From the NCBI GenBank assembly GCA_024276745.1, contig JAJRWN010000006.1:11926-75925 (forward strand): 64,000 bases of DNA. Direction: 5' to 3'. This document shows positions 10,427 to 20,982 of the stretch, piece after piece. The notes under the pieces are model-generated. The model was not told the origin of the DNA. It made no database searches and was given only the letters and a program-made list of their open reading frames with translations. The translations under genes were made by a program, and so were the position numbers. This DNA comes from Bacteroidota bacterium. Lineage in GTDB: Bacteria; Bacteroidota; Bacteroidia; Chitinophagales; S012-47. The first letter of the stretch is position 1; each line of letters begins with the position of its first letter.

Positions 10427-11659
10427 ATGAAGAATTATTTGCTATTGGTCTTATCTGCTTTTTGTTTCATGCCTTTTAGCTTAGCCGGAGGCTTTCAGGT
10501 TTACTTACAGGGAAATCGCCAGATTGCCATGGGCCTTTGCGGAGTAGGGCTTGTGCAAGATGCAGCCGGTCTTTCGATTAATCCTGCATCATTATCTTTT
10601 CTAAAGCAAAACAGTGTATATCTTGGTGGAAACTTGATACTTGCCAATACGGCTTACCGGCAGCAATATCCCGGACAATATACCACCAACAGCCTTCCTT
10701 CAACGGGGACACCTTTTAATGTTTATGCAAATGTTGGTTTGATGGCCGATAAAAGAATGCAACTTGGCGTGGGCGTTTATACACCTTACGGCAGTAGTAT
10801 TGCCTGGCCTGAGGGATGGATTGGGCGATTTGCCATGGTGGAGACTAAATTGCAAACGATTTATTATCAGCCGACAATAGCCTACAGAATTTCCGAAAAG
10901 CTTGGTGTTGGAGCCGGCTTTATTTATGCCAGAGGATCGATGCTGTTGCGTAAAGCCCTTCCTATAGATGGGCAGGACGGCTCCGAAGGAAGTCTGTCGA
11001 TGCAGGGTAGTGGAAATGGATTCGGATTCAATATATCGGCCTTTTACAAAGCAGGAAAACAAATCAATATTGGTTTTGATTACCAGTCATCAGTAAAATT
11101 GTTACTTTTAAACGGACAGGCTGATTTTAGCGTTCCATTGTCCTTAGCAGCTTCTTTTCCGGATACCAAGTTTTCAAGTTCCATAACATTACCGGCCATG
11201 CTTTCCTTCGGTTTCGGATATCATCCTTCTCATGAAATCACACTTGCTTTTGATATTAATTATAATCTGTGGAGCAGCTACGATACTTTATCCTTTGACT
11301 TTGCAGTGAATAACTCCACGTTAAAAGATATTCATTCGCCCAGGCTCTACCGGAATGCAGTGGCTTTTCGATTAGGTGCCGAATATCTTTTAAAAAATAA
11401 ATGGGCATTCCGGGGTGGTGCATTTTATGATATGAGCCCCGTTCAAGATGGATATTTAACCCCTGAAACTCCCGATTCGGATAAAATAGGAATAAGCTTT
11501 GGCTTTGGTGTAAAACCCATTGACCGGCTTAGCATCGATGCTTCTTTTTTATATGCCGAAGGAGCTTTGCGCAGTGATACCAATATAGAAAGCGGCTTTT
11601 CAGGTAGCTATAAAACAAAAATATTGATACCCGGTTTAAGTTTGCAATTTAGTTTTTAA
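10427..11659 (+). CDS. FadL/OmpP1-family outer-membrane transport protein
   Basis: Signal peptide, an N-terminal hatch-like 'GGFQVYLQGNRQIAMG', an alternating beta-strand pattern throughout, and a C-terminal aromatic end 'LSLQFSF'. Confidence 0.8.
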   Translation: MKNYLLLVLSAFCFMPFSLAGGFQVYLQGNRQIAMGLCGVGLVQDAAGLSINPASLSFLKQNSVYLGGNLILANTAYRQQYPGQYTTNSLPSTGTPFNVYANVGLMADKRMQLGVGVYTPYGSSIAWPEGWIGRFAMVETKLQTIYYQPTIAYRISEKLGVGAGFIYARGSMLLRKALPIDGQDGSEGSLSMQGSGNGFGFNISAFYKAGKQINIGFDYQSSVKLLLLNGQADFSVPLSLAASFPDTKFSSSITLPAMLSFGFGYHPSHEITLAFDINYNLWSSYDTLSFDFAVNNSTLKDIHSPRLYRNAVAFRLGAEYLLKNKWAFRGGAFYDMSPVQDGYLTPETPDSDKIGISFGFGVKPIDRLSIDASFLYAEGALRSDTNIESGFSGSYKTKILIPGLSLQFSF

Positions 11660-11672
11660 TGTATTGTTATAT

Positions 11673-12977
11673 ATGAATCGTGTTCCTAAAATTTATGTGA
11701 TTTTTCTCCTTGCCTTGTTTTCAGGTCTGTTGGCTTGTCATCCGCTATTGCCGGTACCCGAATTTACTTCAGGAGAGGCTGATTTTACGAATTACCTTGC
11801 CGTAGGAAATTCGTTGACTGCCGGTTTTTCTGATGCTGAGCTTTATCTTGAAGTGCAAAGCAATAGTTATCCTGCCCTTATTGCTGCTCAGATGAAAACC
11901 TCGTTTAAGCAACCTTTGGTAAAAGATGAATATGGCGTTTTAGGACCACACCTGACCTTAAGCTTAAGCACGAATTGCCTGGGAGACCCTGGTTTAAGAC
12001 CTGTTCCGGTTACAGGTATTCTTGATTCGGGCAATACAAATAATATTTTTCAATCGGAAGGACCTTTTAATAATATGGGTGTTCCCGGCATTCGTGCCAT
12101 CCATTTGGGATTGCCCGGATATGGTTTGCTAAATCCTTATTTCGGACGTTTTCAGTCTTCTATGCTCAGCAGCGTATTGAACGATGCCATGCTCATACAG
12201 CCTACCTTTTTTACCTGTTGGCTGGGTAGCAATGATATTTTAACCTATGCTTTAAATGGTGGCAACGATAATAATAATCCGTTTTTTAATATCTCAGACA
12301 AAGCTATGTTCGAGTCTTCCATGAATGTAATATTATCAACCCTTACGGCTAACGGAGCGAAGGGAGTAGTGGCCAATATTCCCGATATATCAGGCATTCC
12401 TTTTTTTAACTTAATTCCCTATGACGGTTTGATACTCGATCAGGCGGGTGCCGATGCTTTGACTCAATATTATGCAAGTGAAGGTATTGTATTTGATGTA
12501 GGGAATAATCCATTTATTATTGAAGATCTATCTCAGTCATCACCCGGTTTCAGGCCCATGCAAGCAGGCGAATTGCTTTTGATGTCGATACCTCAGGATT
12601 CTTTGAAATGTGGCTCATGGGGGAGCTTAAGACCTATACCGGCCAAATATGTGCTTAATACCGGAGAAGTGGATCTTATCCAACAGGCTACCCGGGATTT
12701 TAATGACATTATTGCTAATCTTTGCGATTTGTATAATCTGCCTTTACTTGATATGAATCATTACTTCGAATCGGTAAAAAGCGGTATTTATTTTAATGGG
12801 ATTAATTTTTCTTCGAAATATATTTCAGGGGCAACCTTTTCACTTGATGGAATACATCCTACCCAAAGAGGATATGCCATGATTGCCAATGAGTTTATCC
12901 GGGTGATTAACAATCGCTATCATGCTAGCATCCCCTGGGTAGATGTAGGCGCATATCCGGGCGTTAAATTTCCCTGA
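11673..12977 (+). CDS. SGNH/GDSL-family hydrolase lipoprotein
   Basis: Lipobox 'SGLLAC'. SGNH blocks: I 'AVGNSLTAGF' (Ser kept, Asp replaced by Asn), III 'WLGSNDIL', V 'DGIHPTQRGY'. The ORF track opens at TTG 11664; the first ATG is 11673, 13 nt after the FadL stop. Confidence 0.8.
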   Translation: MNRVPKIYVIFLLALFSGLLACHPLLPVPEFTSGEADFTNYLAVGNSLTAGFSDAELYLEVQSNSYPALIAAQMKTSFKQPLVKDEYGVLGPHLTLSLSTNCLGDPGLRPVPVTGILDSGNTNNIFQSEGPFNNMGVPGIRAIHLGLPGYGLLNPYFGRFQSSMLSSVLNDAMLIQPTFFTCWLGSNDILTYALNGGNDNNNPFFNISDKAMFESSMNVILSTLTANGAKGVVANIPDISGIPFFNLIPYDGLILDQAGADALTQYYASEGIVFDVGNNPFIIEDLSQSSPGFRPMQAGELLLMSIPQDSLKCGSWGSLRPIPAKYVLNTGEVDLIQQATRDFNDIIANLCDLYNLPLLDMNHYFESVKSGIYFNGINFSSKYISGATFSLDGIHPTQRGYAMIANEFIRVINNRYHASIPWVDVGAYPGVKFP

Positions 12978-13037
12978 TAGACACAATTTATTTGTTTCTT
13001 TACTAGTTTGGGAATAATAAGATAAGTTTATTCCTAT

Positions 13038-13045
13038 TATCTTTG
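13038..13045 (+). promoter_or_regulatory. -7 promoter box (TAtcTTTG)
   Basis: Exact TAnnTTTG only 10 nt upstream of GTG 13056. This would imply a near-leaderless mRNA or a different true start. Confidence 0.3.
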
Positions 13046-13055
13046 ATAATCAAAC

Positions 13056-16000
13056 GTGAAAGAATATTTACACAGATTTTCTTTTTGGGCACTTTTAGCT
13101 GCTATTGCCTCATTGCAGGTGGCCTATTTTTCATATCAATATCAACAAAACCATCCCTCATTAAGCTCATTGGCTGTTAAGATTCAGCATTATTTGCATA
13201 AGCAGGAAAAACAAATGGAAGAAGATTTGCGCGATACGGTGCTTGTCAACGAATTGCTAAATCAAACGATTGATGAAAAACGCTTAAAATGGCTCACCGA
13301 AAAACCTTATGAGTTATTGTTGTATAAAAACGATAGTTTATTGTTTTGGTCGGGTAATAAAGCGCTACCGACAGAAAGACAACTAAACGGAACTCATTAC
13401 GACCGGTTGATACACTTGAAAAATGCCTATTACGAAATTGTAAAAAATCCAATCAACCTGTCTTCAAAAGAAAATTTTCAACTAATCGGATTATTACCGG
13501 TTAAATATGACTATCCGATAGATAACCAATATCTTATAAGTAAGATTGCTTTTCCGATAAAAACTCCGGGATATCTTGCTTTTTCAACCCGGGAAACCAT
13601 AGGCAGCAAAGTAATATTGAATGAGGAAGGACATACCTTGTTTTATATTTATTTCGATAGTTTGATCAGTAGCCCGGAACCCGGAATAATGGTGAAAGTA
13701 TTTTTATTGTTGTTTTTGTTTTTTTCGGTTTTGTTTATCGACCGGATTACTAATGAAATTGCTAACCGGGCAGGTCCGGTAGCCGGATTGATTTTTCTTG
13801 CTTCGTTTCTGGTACTCATCCGCTTTTTGATGTTACAAAATCTGGATTTGAACTATATCAAAAACATGGATTTATTTAGTCCGCTGCATTATGCATCCTC
13901 TTTCCTGTCACCATCACTAGGTGATTTTTCTATCAATTGTCTGTCCATATTTTGGCTTAGTGTATATTTTAAAAAGCGTTTCAAAGTAAAATTAGTACTT
14001 GGTAATGCTCAATATATTGTACTTAGAATATTTGCCTATCTTCTTTTGATAATAAACTTATTCCTAATTAGCCTTGCGGTACAGGGCTTGGTTATTGATT
14101 CAAATATCTCTTTGGATATTAATAATTTCCTTACCCTTGATATTTTCAGTTTCATCGTTTTGTCTGACATTGCCTTTTTATTCATTGCATTCTTCCTGTT
14201 TACAATGGGCTTTCTGGCCTTGATTCCGGAAAAAAGAAAATTTTATCTGGGTGATTATTTATCTTTTATCATTTCTTCATTGCTTGTTCTTCCGCTGATT
14301 ATTTATGTACCGCTCCGGGTAAATCTATTGTGGATTTATTTAGAGGCTGCTTTATTTTTAGCTATTAGACATTTTGTTCAGCGAAGAAAAATTCCGTTTA
14401 GTTCCTTCACTGCAATTATTATCTGGTTGATATTCTTTTCAGCTATTGGCGCTATTCTGCTTAATAAGTTTAATACTGAAAAAGAACTGAACAGACGGAG
14501 TTTATTCTTAACAAAACTGGAAAATAACCGCGATCCGGTTTTTGAATTTCATTTTTACGATGTGCACGATAAATTACAATCGGATATTCTGGCACTTAAT
14601 TATTTTAAAAATCCGGTAATTTCAAAAAAATCACTTAGCGACCGGATTAGCTTTTTATATTTCAGAGAATGGCTCAATCAATATAACATCAGCATCGAAT
14701 CCTTTGCTGCCGACAGTAGTTCGTACAAAAATGCAAACAGACTCCGCTTTGAGGATTATCTCAGTGTTTCCGATGATGTAAGAGATTCTAAATTTAAAGA
14801 TCTTGAATATATCAGTCCTTATCCGGGGGTATATTATTATCGAACTTTACTAACTATAAGACGTTCCGAGCAGGTCAGCGGTTCAGGGTTTTTATCCATC
14901 ACGTTTAAACCCAAATCTTTAAGTTATTCCAATGTATATCCTGAATTACTTTTGGAGAATAAAGTAATTCCAACCGGAGAATATGATCTTTACGACTATG
15001 CGGTCTATTCTAACAGTCAATTGGTAAAAAGTAAAGGTGATTATCCATATCGTTTGTTTTTCCATAACAGCGACACCATGCGCTATGCCTATATCTCTGA
15101 AGGCGGTTATAATCATCTGATTCATGAAATAAATTCAGGTATCAGCCTTTGGGTATCGAAACATGACGATGGGAAAATGATTCCTGTTTCCTTGTTTTCC
15201 TACTTGTTTTGCTATTTCTTACTCATCATTTTAGTCATGCTTTTTATCCGCTGGATTGTGAAATGGGTATCGGGTTCTCGTTTGCGTATTTCCTGGTCTG
15301 AAATGAGTTTTAGAAACAGAATTCAATTTATAATCATTTTTATTATTGTAATTACATTTTTATCAATCGGTTTTCTTACGATTTGGAATATATCATCCCA
15401 ATACGATGCTTACCATCATGCACGGTTAAACCGGAAAGTAACTCAGGTAATGGCCGGTTTAGAAAATTTCCGGCATCAAGGCCACGATGATGATAATAAT
15501 TGGAATATCCTGTATCAATCTCCCGATTTGCTGGCAAAAGAAGTCAGTAATCTATCGCATATCCACAGCATGGATATCAATATATTCGATACAAATGGTG
15601 ATTTAATGAGTAGTTCACAAACGGCTATATTCGATAAAGGACTATTAACCCGGAAGATTAATCCGATGGCATATTACCAAATAGTAGAAAACAAAAAATC
15701 AAAATTCATCAATGAAGAAAGGGTAGGGGCATTGCGATATTTAGCTTCTTATGTTCCTCTGGTCGATCAATCGGGCCATTTACAGGCCATTGTGAATCTG
15801 CCCTATTTCGCCAAAGAACAGAATTTGAGAAATGAGATCTCATCATTTCTGGTGTATTTTATTAATGTATATGTGTTATTATTGGTTTTTGCCGGCATCA
15901 TTGCTGTATTTATTTCAAATACGGTTACCCGTTCGTTAAAAGTAATCGGTGATAAACTGAAGCAAGTGCAATTGGGTAAACCCAACGAACCGATTCAATG

Positions 16001-16766
16001 GCCAAATAACGATGAAATCGGGCAATTGATCAGGCAATATAACCGGATGATTAAAGAATTGGAAATAAGTGCAGTAAAATTGGCACGCAGCGAGCGTGAA
16101 TCGGCATGGAGGGAAATGGCCAAGCAAGTGGCCCATGAAATTAAAAATCCATTAACACCGATGAAACTCAGCATACAGCATTTGCAAAGAGCCTGGATGA
16201 ATAAAGATCCGAATATAGGTCCATTGATTAAAAAGACTACCCATACTCTGGTAGATCAAATAGAAAATCTTTCAAATATTGCTGATGAATTTTCAAATTT
16301 TGCCAAAATGCCTACCGCTAAAAAGTCAAAACTTGATTTGACGGCATTGCTTCAATCCATGCGTGTGCTCTACCAAAATGAAGCAGCGGAGATAAGTTTT
16401 AAATATCCCGATGAGCACATTTTTGTATTTGCCGATAAAGATCAAATTCTCCGGGTTTTTAATAATTTAATCAAAAATGCTTTGCAGGCTATACCTGAAA
16501 ACAGAACGGGAAAGATTAAAATTGTTGCCCAAGTCCGTAAAAAGTCAGTCATTATCAAAATCAGCGATAATGGTGTGGGAATCCTTCCGGAGCAAGAAAA
16601 GCAGGTATTCACGCCCAAGTTTACTACAAAAAGTTCTGGTATGGGTTTGGGCTTGGCCATTTCTCAAAACGTGATACATTCTCATGGAGGAGAAATATGG
16701 TTTGAATCGAAGCCGCCCAAAGGAACCAATTTCTTTATCAAATTGCCTTTGCTGACCGAAAAATAA
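13056..16766 (+). CDS. large multi-pass sensor histidine kinase (HAMP-HisKA-HATPase C-terminus)
   Basis: 1236 aa. About 920 N-terminal residues hold roughly 12 hydrophobic helices and three predicted extracytoplasmic segments. Then a HAMP-like 'RSLKVIGDKLKQVQLG...EIGQLIRQYNRMIKELE', an H-box 'VAHEIKNPLTPM' (NtrY-like) and N/G boxes 'NLIKNALQA', 'DNGVGI', 'GMGLGLAI'. Confidence 0.85.
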   Translation: MKEYLHRFSFWALLAAIASLQVAYFSYQYQQNHPSLSSLAVKIQHYLHKQEKQMEEDLRDTVLVNELLNQTIDEKRLKWLTEKPYELLLYKNDSLLFWSGNKALPTERQLNGTHYDRLIHLKNAYYEIVKNPINLSSKENFQLIGLLPVKYDYPIDNQYLISKIAFPIKTPGYLAFSTRETIGSKVILNEEGHTLFYIYFDSLISSPEPGIMVKVFLLLFLFFSVLFIDRITNEIANRAGPVAGLIFLASFLVLIRFLMLQNLDLNYIKNMDLFSPLHYASSFLSPSLGDFSINCLSIFWLSVYFKKRFKVKLVLGNAQYIVLRIFAYLLLIINLFLISLAVQGLVIDSNISLDINNFLTLDIFSFIVLSDIAFLFIAFFLFTMGFLALIPEKRKFYLGDYLSFIISSLLVLPLIIYVPLRVNLLWIYLEAALFLAIRHFVQRRKIPFSSFTAIIIWLIFFSAIGAILLNKFNTEKELNRRSLFLTKLENNRDPVFEFHFYDVHDKLQSDILALNYFKNPVISKKSLSDRISFLYFREWLNQYNISIESFAADSSSYKNANRLRFEDYLSVSDDVRDSKFKDLEYISPYPGVYYYRTLLTIRRSEQVSGSGFLSITFKPKSLSYSNVYPELLLENKVIPTGEYDLYDYAVYSNSQLVKSKGDYPYRLFFHNSDTMRYAYISEGGYNHLIHEINSGISLWVSKHDDGKMIPVSLFSYLFCYFLLIILVMLFIRWIVKWVSGSRLRISWSEMSFRNRIQFIIIFIIVITFLSIGFLTIWNISSQYDAYHHARLNRKVTQVMAGLENFRHQGHDDDNNWNILYQSPDLLAKEVSNLSHIHSMDINIFDTNGDLMSSSQTAIFDKGLLTRKINPMAYYQIVENKKSKFINEERVGALRYLASYVPLVDQSGHLQAIVNLPYFAKEQNLRNEISSFLVYFINVYVLLLVFAGIIAVFISNTVTRSLKVIGDKLKQVQLGKPNEPIQWPNNDEIGQLIRQYNRMIKELEISAVKLARSERESAWREMAKQVAHEIKNPLTPMKLSIQHLQRAWMNKDPNIGPLIKKTTHTLVDQIENLSNIADEFSNFAKMPTAKKSKLDLTALLQSMRVLYQNEAAEISFKYPDEHIFVFADKDQILRVFNNLIKNALQAIPENRTGKIKIVAQVRKKSVIIKISDNGVGILPEQEKQVFTPKFTTKSSGMGLGLAISQNVIHSHGGEIWFESKPPKGTNFFIKLPLLTEK

Positions 16767-16776
16767 TCACTGAACA

Positions 16777-17760
16777 ATGACTTCGAAAAAGCGATTATTC
16801 GAGCTGAAACCGGCCTATTTTTATCATTTGCTATTTGCTTATGTATTGGTAAGTATTCTTTGGTGGTCTTATTTGCTTATTTACAATAACCGGCAAAATT
16901 ATTTAAACGATAAAGCTTTAATCGAAGAGATTGATTCAGCCAAAGACGAAAATATTTCAGCGAATAATATTTATCAGAATTTTCTTAGAAAACAAATATT
17001 AATAATAATAGAAGCAGTAAGCTTTTTTGTATTGGTGGTTTTAGGGGCACGCAGGGTTTTCAGAAGTCAACAAAAAGCTATAGAACTGGCCAGGCAACAA
17101 AGTAATTTTTTATTAAGTATTACGCATGAATTAAAATCACCGCTTTCGGGTATTCAGCTCACGCTCGAAACTTTGGCAAAACATAAATTACCGCTACCTG
17201 AAGAAAAACGTTTTATAGCCAATGCAATGGATGATACCAGACGCTTAAAAAAATTGATTGAAGACATCCTGTTGGCAGCCAAATTTGAAGATGAAGCCTT
17301 CCTTGTGGCTCATAATAAATTTAATATTAGTGAATTGCTTAGGCAAATTGTTGAAGATTACAGTCTCAAAACGAATCGAATAAAGCATCAGATAGATTCG
17401 GACCTCATCATAAGGGGCGATGAAAATCTGTTGGATATGGCCATCCGCAATTTGATAGAAAATGCCTTAAAGTATAGTAAATCAAATACAGAAATTGACA
17501 TTAGTTGCCATAAGTACGATGCTTACATCAAGATAAACATAGCTGATTCGGGGCCCGGCATATCGAATAAAGAAAAAGAACTTGTATTTAAAAAATTCTA
17601 TCGTATAGGAGATGAAAATACCAGACAACAAAAGGGAACAGGATTGGGTTTATATATTGTTAAAGAAATTGTAAAACATCATAAGGGCGAAATCAATATT
17701 GAGGATAAGCAACCAGATGGTGTTGTTTTTAGCATGAGCTTACCATTGTTTTTACACTAA
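16777..17760 (+). CDS. sensor histidine kinase (two TM helices, short external loop)
   Basis: 327 aa with H-box 'ITHELKSPLSGI' and N/G boxes 'NLIENALKYS', 'DSGPGI', 'GTGLGLYIV'. Starts 10 nt after the preceding kinase. Confidence 0.9.
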   Translation: MTSKKRLFELKPAYFYHLLFAYVLVSILWWSYLLIYNNRQNYLNDKALIEEIDSAKDENISANNIYQNFLRKQILIIIEAVSFFVLVVLGARRVFRSQQKAIELARQQSNFLLSITHELKSPLSGIQLTLETLAKHKLPLPEEKRFIANAMDDTRRLKKLIEDILLAAKFEDEAFLVAHNKFNISELLRQIVEDYSLKTNRIKHQIDSDLIIRGDENLLDMAIRNLIENALKYSKSNTEIDISCHKYDAYIKINIADSGPGISNKEKELVFKKFYRIGDENTRQQKGTGLGLYIVKEIVKHHKGEINIEDKQPDGVVFSMSLPLFLH

Positions 17761-17812
17761 GCTGACAATATGAGGGAAAGATAATTCGTACTTTGTAAAA
17801 ATCAAATTATCT

Positions 17813-18505
17813 ATGAATTTAAGGAGAATTTTATTGGTTGAAGATGAGAAGAGTTTAAGAGAAGCTATTAAGTTTAATCTTGAAAAGGAGGGCTATGAAA
17901 TAGTAAGTGTTGCAGACGGGAAAAAAGCTGTACATGAATTCAATACCCAACATTTTGATCTTGTTGTACTTGATATCATGCTGCCCGAATTAAACGGACT
18001 TGAGGTATGCGAGCAAATTAGATTGGAAAACAAAACATTGCCAATACTATTTCTAACGGCACGTGATACTTCAAGCGATGTAATAAAAGGCTTGAAAGCC
18101 GGAGGTGATGATTATATGACCAAACCGTTTAATCTTGAAGAATTTTTGCTCCGTGTTCGAAATCTTTTAAAAAGACTGATGTCGAACAATGATTTGGAAG
18201 AATTTGAAACCTATTCGTTTGCCGGCAACACCATCAATTTCAATACTTTTATTGCCAAGAGTATTCATGGAGAGCGTCATTTGACCAGTAAAGAAGCCAA
18301 ATTACTGAAATTGTTTTTCATGCATCCCGGTGAAGTGGTTTCGCGCAAAGATATATTGCGGCAGGTATGGGGTTACGATGTATATCCTACCACGAGAACG
18401 ATTGATAATTTCATTCTGTCTTTCAGAAAATACTTTGAATCTAATCCCAGACAACCGAAGCATTTTCTTTCGGTAAGAGGAGTAGGCTATAAATTTGAAC
18501 AGTAA
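17813..18505 (+). CDS. OmpR/PhoB-family response regulator
   Basis: 230 aa. Receiver domain ('LLVEDE', 'DLVVLDIMLP', 'TKPF') plus a winged-helix C-terminus ('RTIDNFILSFRKYF', 'VRGVGYKF'). Confidence 0.9.
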   Translation: MNLRRILLVEDEKSLREAIKFNLEKEGYEIVSVADGKKAVHEFNTQHFDLVVLDIMLPELNGLEVCEQIRLENKTLPILFLTARDTSSDVIKGLKAGGDDYMTKPFNLEEFLLRVRNLLKRLMSNNDLEEFETYSFAGNTINFNTFIAKSIHGERHLTSKEAKLLKLFFMHPGEVVSRKDILRQVWGYDVYPTTRTIDNFILSFRKYFESNPRQPKHFLSVRGVGYKFEQ

Positions 18506-18515
18506 GTACCATGAA

Positions 18516-19853
18516 TTAGTGGCCGGCCATATTGCCTAAACCCCGCAATGCTTTTCGTCCTGAACCCATTTTATTCATTTGTTTCATCATTTTTCGCATT
18601 TGCTCAAACTGCTTGATGAATTGATTTACTTCCTGAATCGTATTGCCGCTTCCGTAGCTTAATCTTTTTCGTCTTGAACCATTCAGTAAATCAGGATTTA
18701 ATCTTTCTTCGGGGGTCATAGAAAGAATAACGGCTTCAATTTTTTTAAATTGATGTTCATCGATATCGATGTCTTTTATTTGTTTTCCCAAACCCGGAAT
18801 CATGCCCATCAAATCTTTAACATTACCCATTTTTTGAATTTGGCTGATTTGTGTAAGAAAATCATTAAAATCGAATTGATTTTTTCTGATTTTTTTCTGC
18901 AGTCGAGCAGCTTCTTTTTCATCAAAATTTTCCTGCGCTTTTTCAACCAGGCTTACAATATCGCCCATACCCAGTATGCGTTGAGCCATCCGGTCGGGAT
19001 AGAACAAATCAATGGCATCGAGTTTTTCGCCACGGCTTGCAAATTTAATGGGTTTATTAACTACATATTTTATAGTTAAGGCAGCACCACCCCGGGTATC
19101 TCCATCAAGTTTTGTCAATACAACACCATCGAAATCGAGGCGGTCGTTAAATGCTTTTGCCGTATTTACCGCATCCTGACCGGTCATGCTATCAACCACA
19201 AAGAGTGTTTCATTGGGTTTGGCCGTTTGTTTTATAGCGGCAATTTCATTCATCATATTTTCATCAATAGCCAAACGACCGGCAGTATCAATAATTACAC
19301 AATTTTTACCATCAGATTTTGCCTGGGCAATGGCATTACGGGCAATTCTTACCGGATCTTTTTGAGCTTCTTCTTCATAAACCGGTACATTGATTTGTTC
19401 TCCAAGTACTTTTAATTGTTCGATAGCAGCAGGCCGGTAAACATCGCAAGCTACAAGCATTACCTGCCGGCCTTGTTTATTTTTTAAATAAGAAGCCAAT
19501 TTTGCCGCAAATGTAGTTTTTCCCGATCCTTGCAAGCCGGCCAATAATACCACTGCCGGTGTACCCTTTATATTAAAAGGAGCTGCCTGACCACCCATCA
19601 GATTGGTCAATTCATCTTGCACAATCTTAATCATTAACTGCCCAGGTGAAACTGCAGTTAATACTTTCTCACCTAAGGCTTTTTCTTTAATCTTATCGGT
19701 AAATTCCTTGGCAATTTTATAGTTTACATCGGCATCAATCAAAGCTCTCCTTATTTCTTTGACAGTCGATGCAATATTGATTTCGGTAATGCGACCTTGG
19801 CCTTTTAGGGTTTTAAAAGCATTTTCCAGCCTGTCAGATAGATTCTCAAACAT
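18516..19853 (-). CDS. ffh: signal recognition particle protein Ffh
   Basis: 445 aa with an NG domain P-loop 'GLQGSGKTTFAAKLA', 'DTAGR', 'TKLDGD' and a Met-rich M-domain tail. Confidence 0.95.
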   Translation of the reverse strand: MFENLSDRLENAFKTLKGQGRITEINIASTVKEIRRALIDADVNYKIAKEFTDKIKEKALGEKVLTAVSPGQLMIKIVQDELTNLMGGQAAPFNIKGTPAVVLLAGLQGSGKTTFAAKLASYLKNKQGRQVMLVACDVYRPAAIEQLKVLGEQINVPVYEEEAQKDPVRIARNAIAQAKSDGKNCVIIDTAGRLAIDENMMNEIAAIKQTAKPNETLFVVDSMTGQDAVNTAKAFNDRLDFDGVVLTKLDGDTRGGAALTIKYVVNKPIKFASRGEKLDAIDLFYPDRMAQRILGMGDIVSLVEKAQENFDEKEAARLQKKIRKNQFDFNDFLTQISQIQKMGNVKDLMGMIPGLGKQIKDIDIDEHQFKKIEAVILSMTPEERLNPDLLNGSRRKRLSYGSGNTIQEVNQFIKQFEQMRKMMKQMNKMGSGRKALRGLGNMAGH

Positions 19854-19902
19854 AAATTTTAATATTTAACGATTATTTCAACAGAAAGAAATTGGTCTAT
19901 TA

Positions 19903-20781
19903 TCATTTGCTACTTTCTCCCAAATAACTTTTCAATATTTTGCTCTTCGTGTTTGTACGAAGTTTATTGAGTGCTTTGTCTTTAATTTGTCTGACCCGTT
20001 CACGGGTAAGATTGAATTTTATACCAATATCTTCCAACGAATATGCATTGACACGGCCAATTCCAAAATAATATTTAACAATTTCGGCTTGCCGTGGCGT
20101 AAGCACCGACAAAGTTCGTTCAATTTCTTTTCTTAACGATTCTTTATACGCTAATTTTTCGTCTGTATCCGGAATATTTGAATCTCTTAAGGTTTCCAAA
20201 AGAGATTTTGTTTCGCCTTCCGATAGCGGGGCATCCATAGGAATCGGTCTTTTGGATACGGATATGGTACTTTGGATATCATCAGGATTTAAATGAAGCA
20301 ATTGTCCAATTTCATCAGCTGATGGTTCTCTTTCGTATTGCTGTTCAAGTTTTGAAAAAGCTTTGTTTATTTTGCTTATAGATCCAACCTTGTTTAATGG
20401 TAACCGAACGATTCTGCTTTGCTCTGCCAACATCTGCAATATGGATTGCCTGATCCACCATACTGCGTAGGATATAAATTTAAAACCACGGGTTTCATCA
20501 AATCTTTGAGCTGCTTTGATTAATCCAAGATTTCCTTCATTAATTAAATCGCTAAGCTGTAATCCTTGATTTTGGTATTGTTTTGCAACGGATACAACAA
20601 ATCGTAAATTGGCTTTTACCAGTTTTTCCAATGCTTTCTGATCTCCATTTCTTATTTTCTGAGCTAAGGATACTTCTTCTTCAATGGTAAGTAAATCAAC
20701 TTTACCAATATCTTGTAAATATTTTTCAAGCGATTGGCTTTCCCGGTTGGTAATCGAACGCGAAATCTTTAGTTGCCGCAT
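19903..20781 (-). CDS. rpoD: RNA polymerase primary sigma factor (sigma-70 family)
   Basis: 292 aa with region 2 '[10 protein letters not shown]' and region 4.2 '[14 protein letters not shown]'. The size fits the short Bacteroidota sigma-A. Confidence 0.9.
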   Translation of the reverse strand: MRQLKISRSITNRESQSLEKYLQDIGKVDLLTIEEEVSLAQKIRNGDQKALEKLVKANLRFVVSVAKQYQNQGLQLSDLINEGNLGLIKAAQRFDETRGFKFISYAVWWIRQSILQMLAEQSRIVRLPLNKVGSISKINKAFSKLEQQYEREPSADEIGQLLHLNPDDIQSTISVSKRPIPMDAPLSEGETKSLLETLRDSNIPDTDEKLAYKESLRKEIERTLSVLTPRQAEIVKYYFGIGRVNAYSLEDIGIKFNLTRERVRQIKDKALNKLRTNTKSKILKSYLGESSK

Positions 20782-20828
20782 GATTGAATTATTAAGATAT
20801 TAGGTACTGGCTATTACGGTAGTATCAA

Positions 20829-20836
20829 CAAAAATA
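20829..20836 (-). promoter_or_regulatory. -7 promoter box (TAttTTTG on the minus strand)
   Basis: CAAAaaTA on the plus strand, 48 nt upstream of the rpoD start. A second exact match lies at 20891..20898. Confidence 0.3.
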
Positions 20837-20982
20837 AAGGATTTGGAATTAATAAATCAAGTGATGTTTTTCTTGTTTGTGAAGATTTTACAAAATTATC
20901 CGTTTTTTCTATCCATTTTATTTTTATAATTCAGCAATTTAATCTTAATTGCAGCATTACAAAATAATAATCAAAATTAATC

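Noticed and set aside
20864-20929. A 21-codon hydrophobic mini-ORF (MFFLFVKILQNYPFFLSILFL) in the rpoD/START-like gene spacer.
   Set aside because: It is made of T-runs in a promoter region and has no supporting signals.
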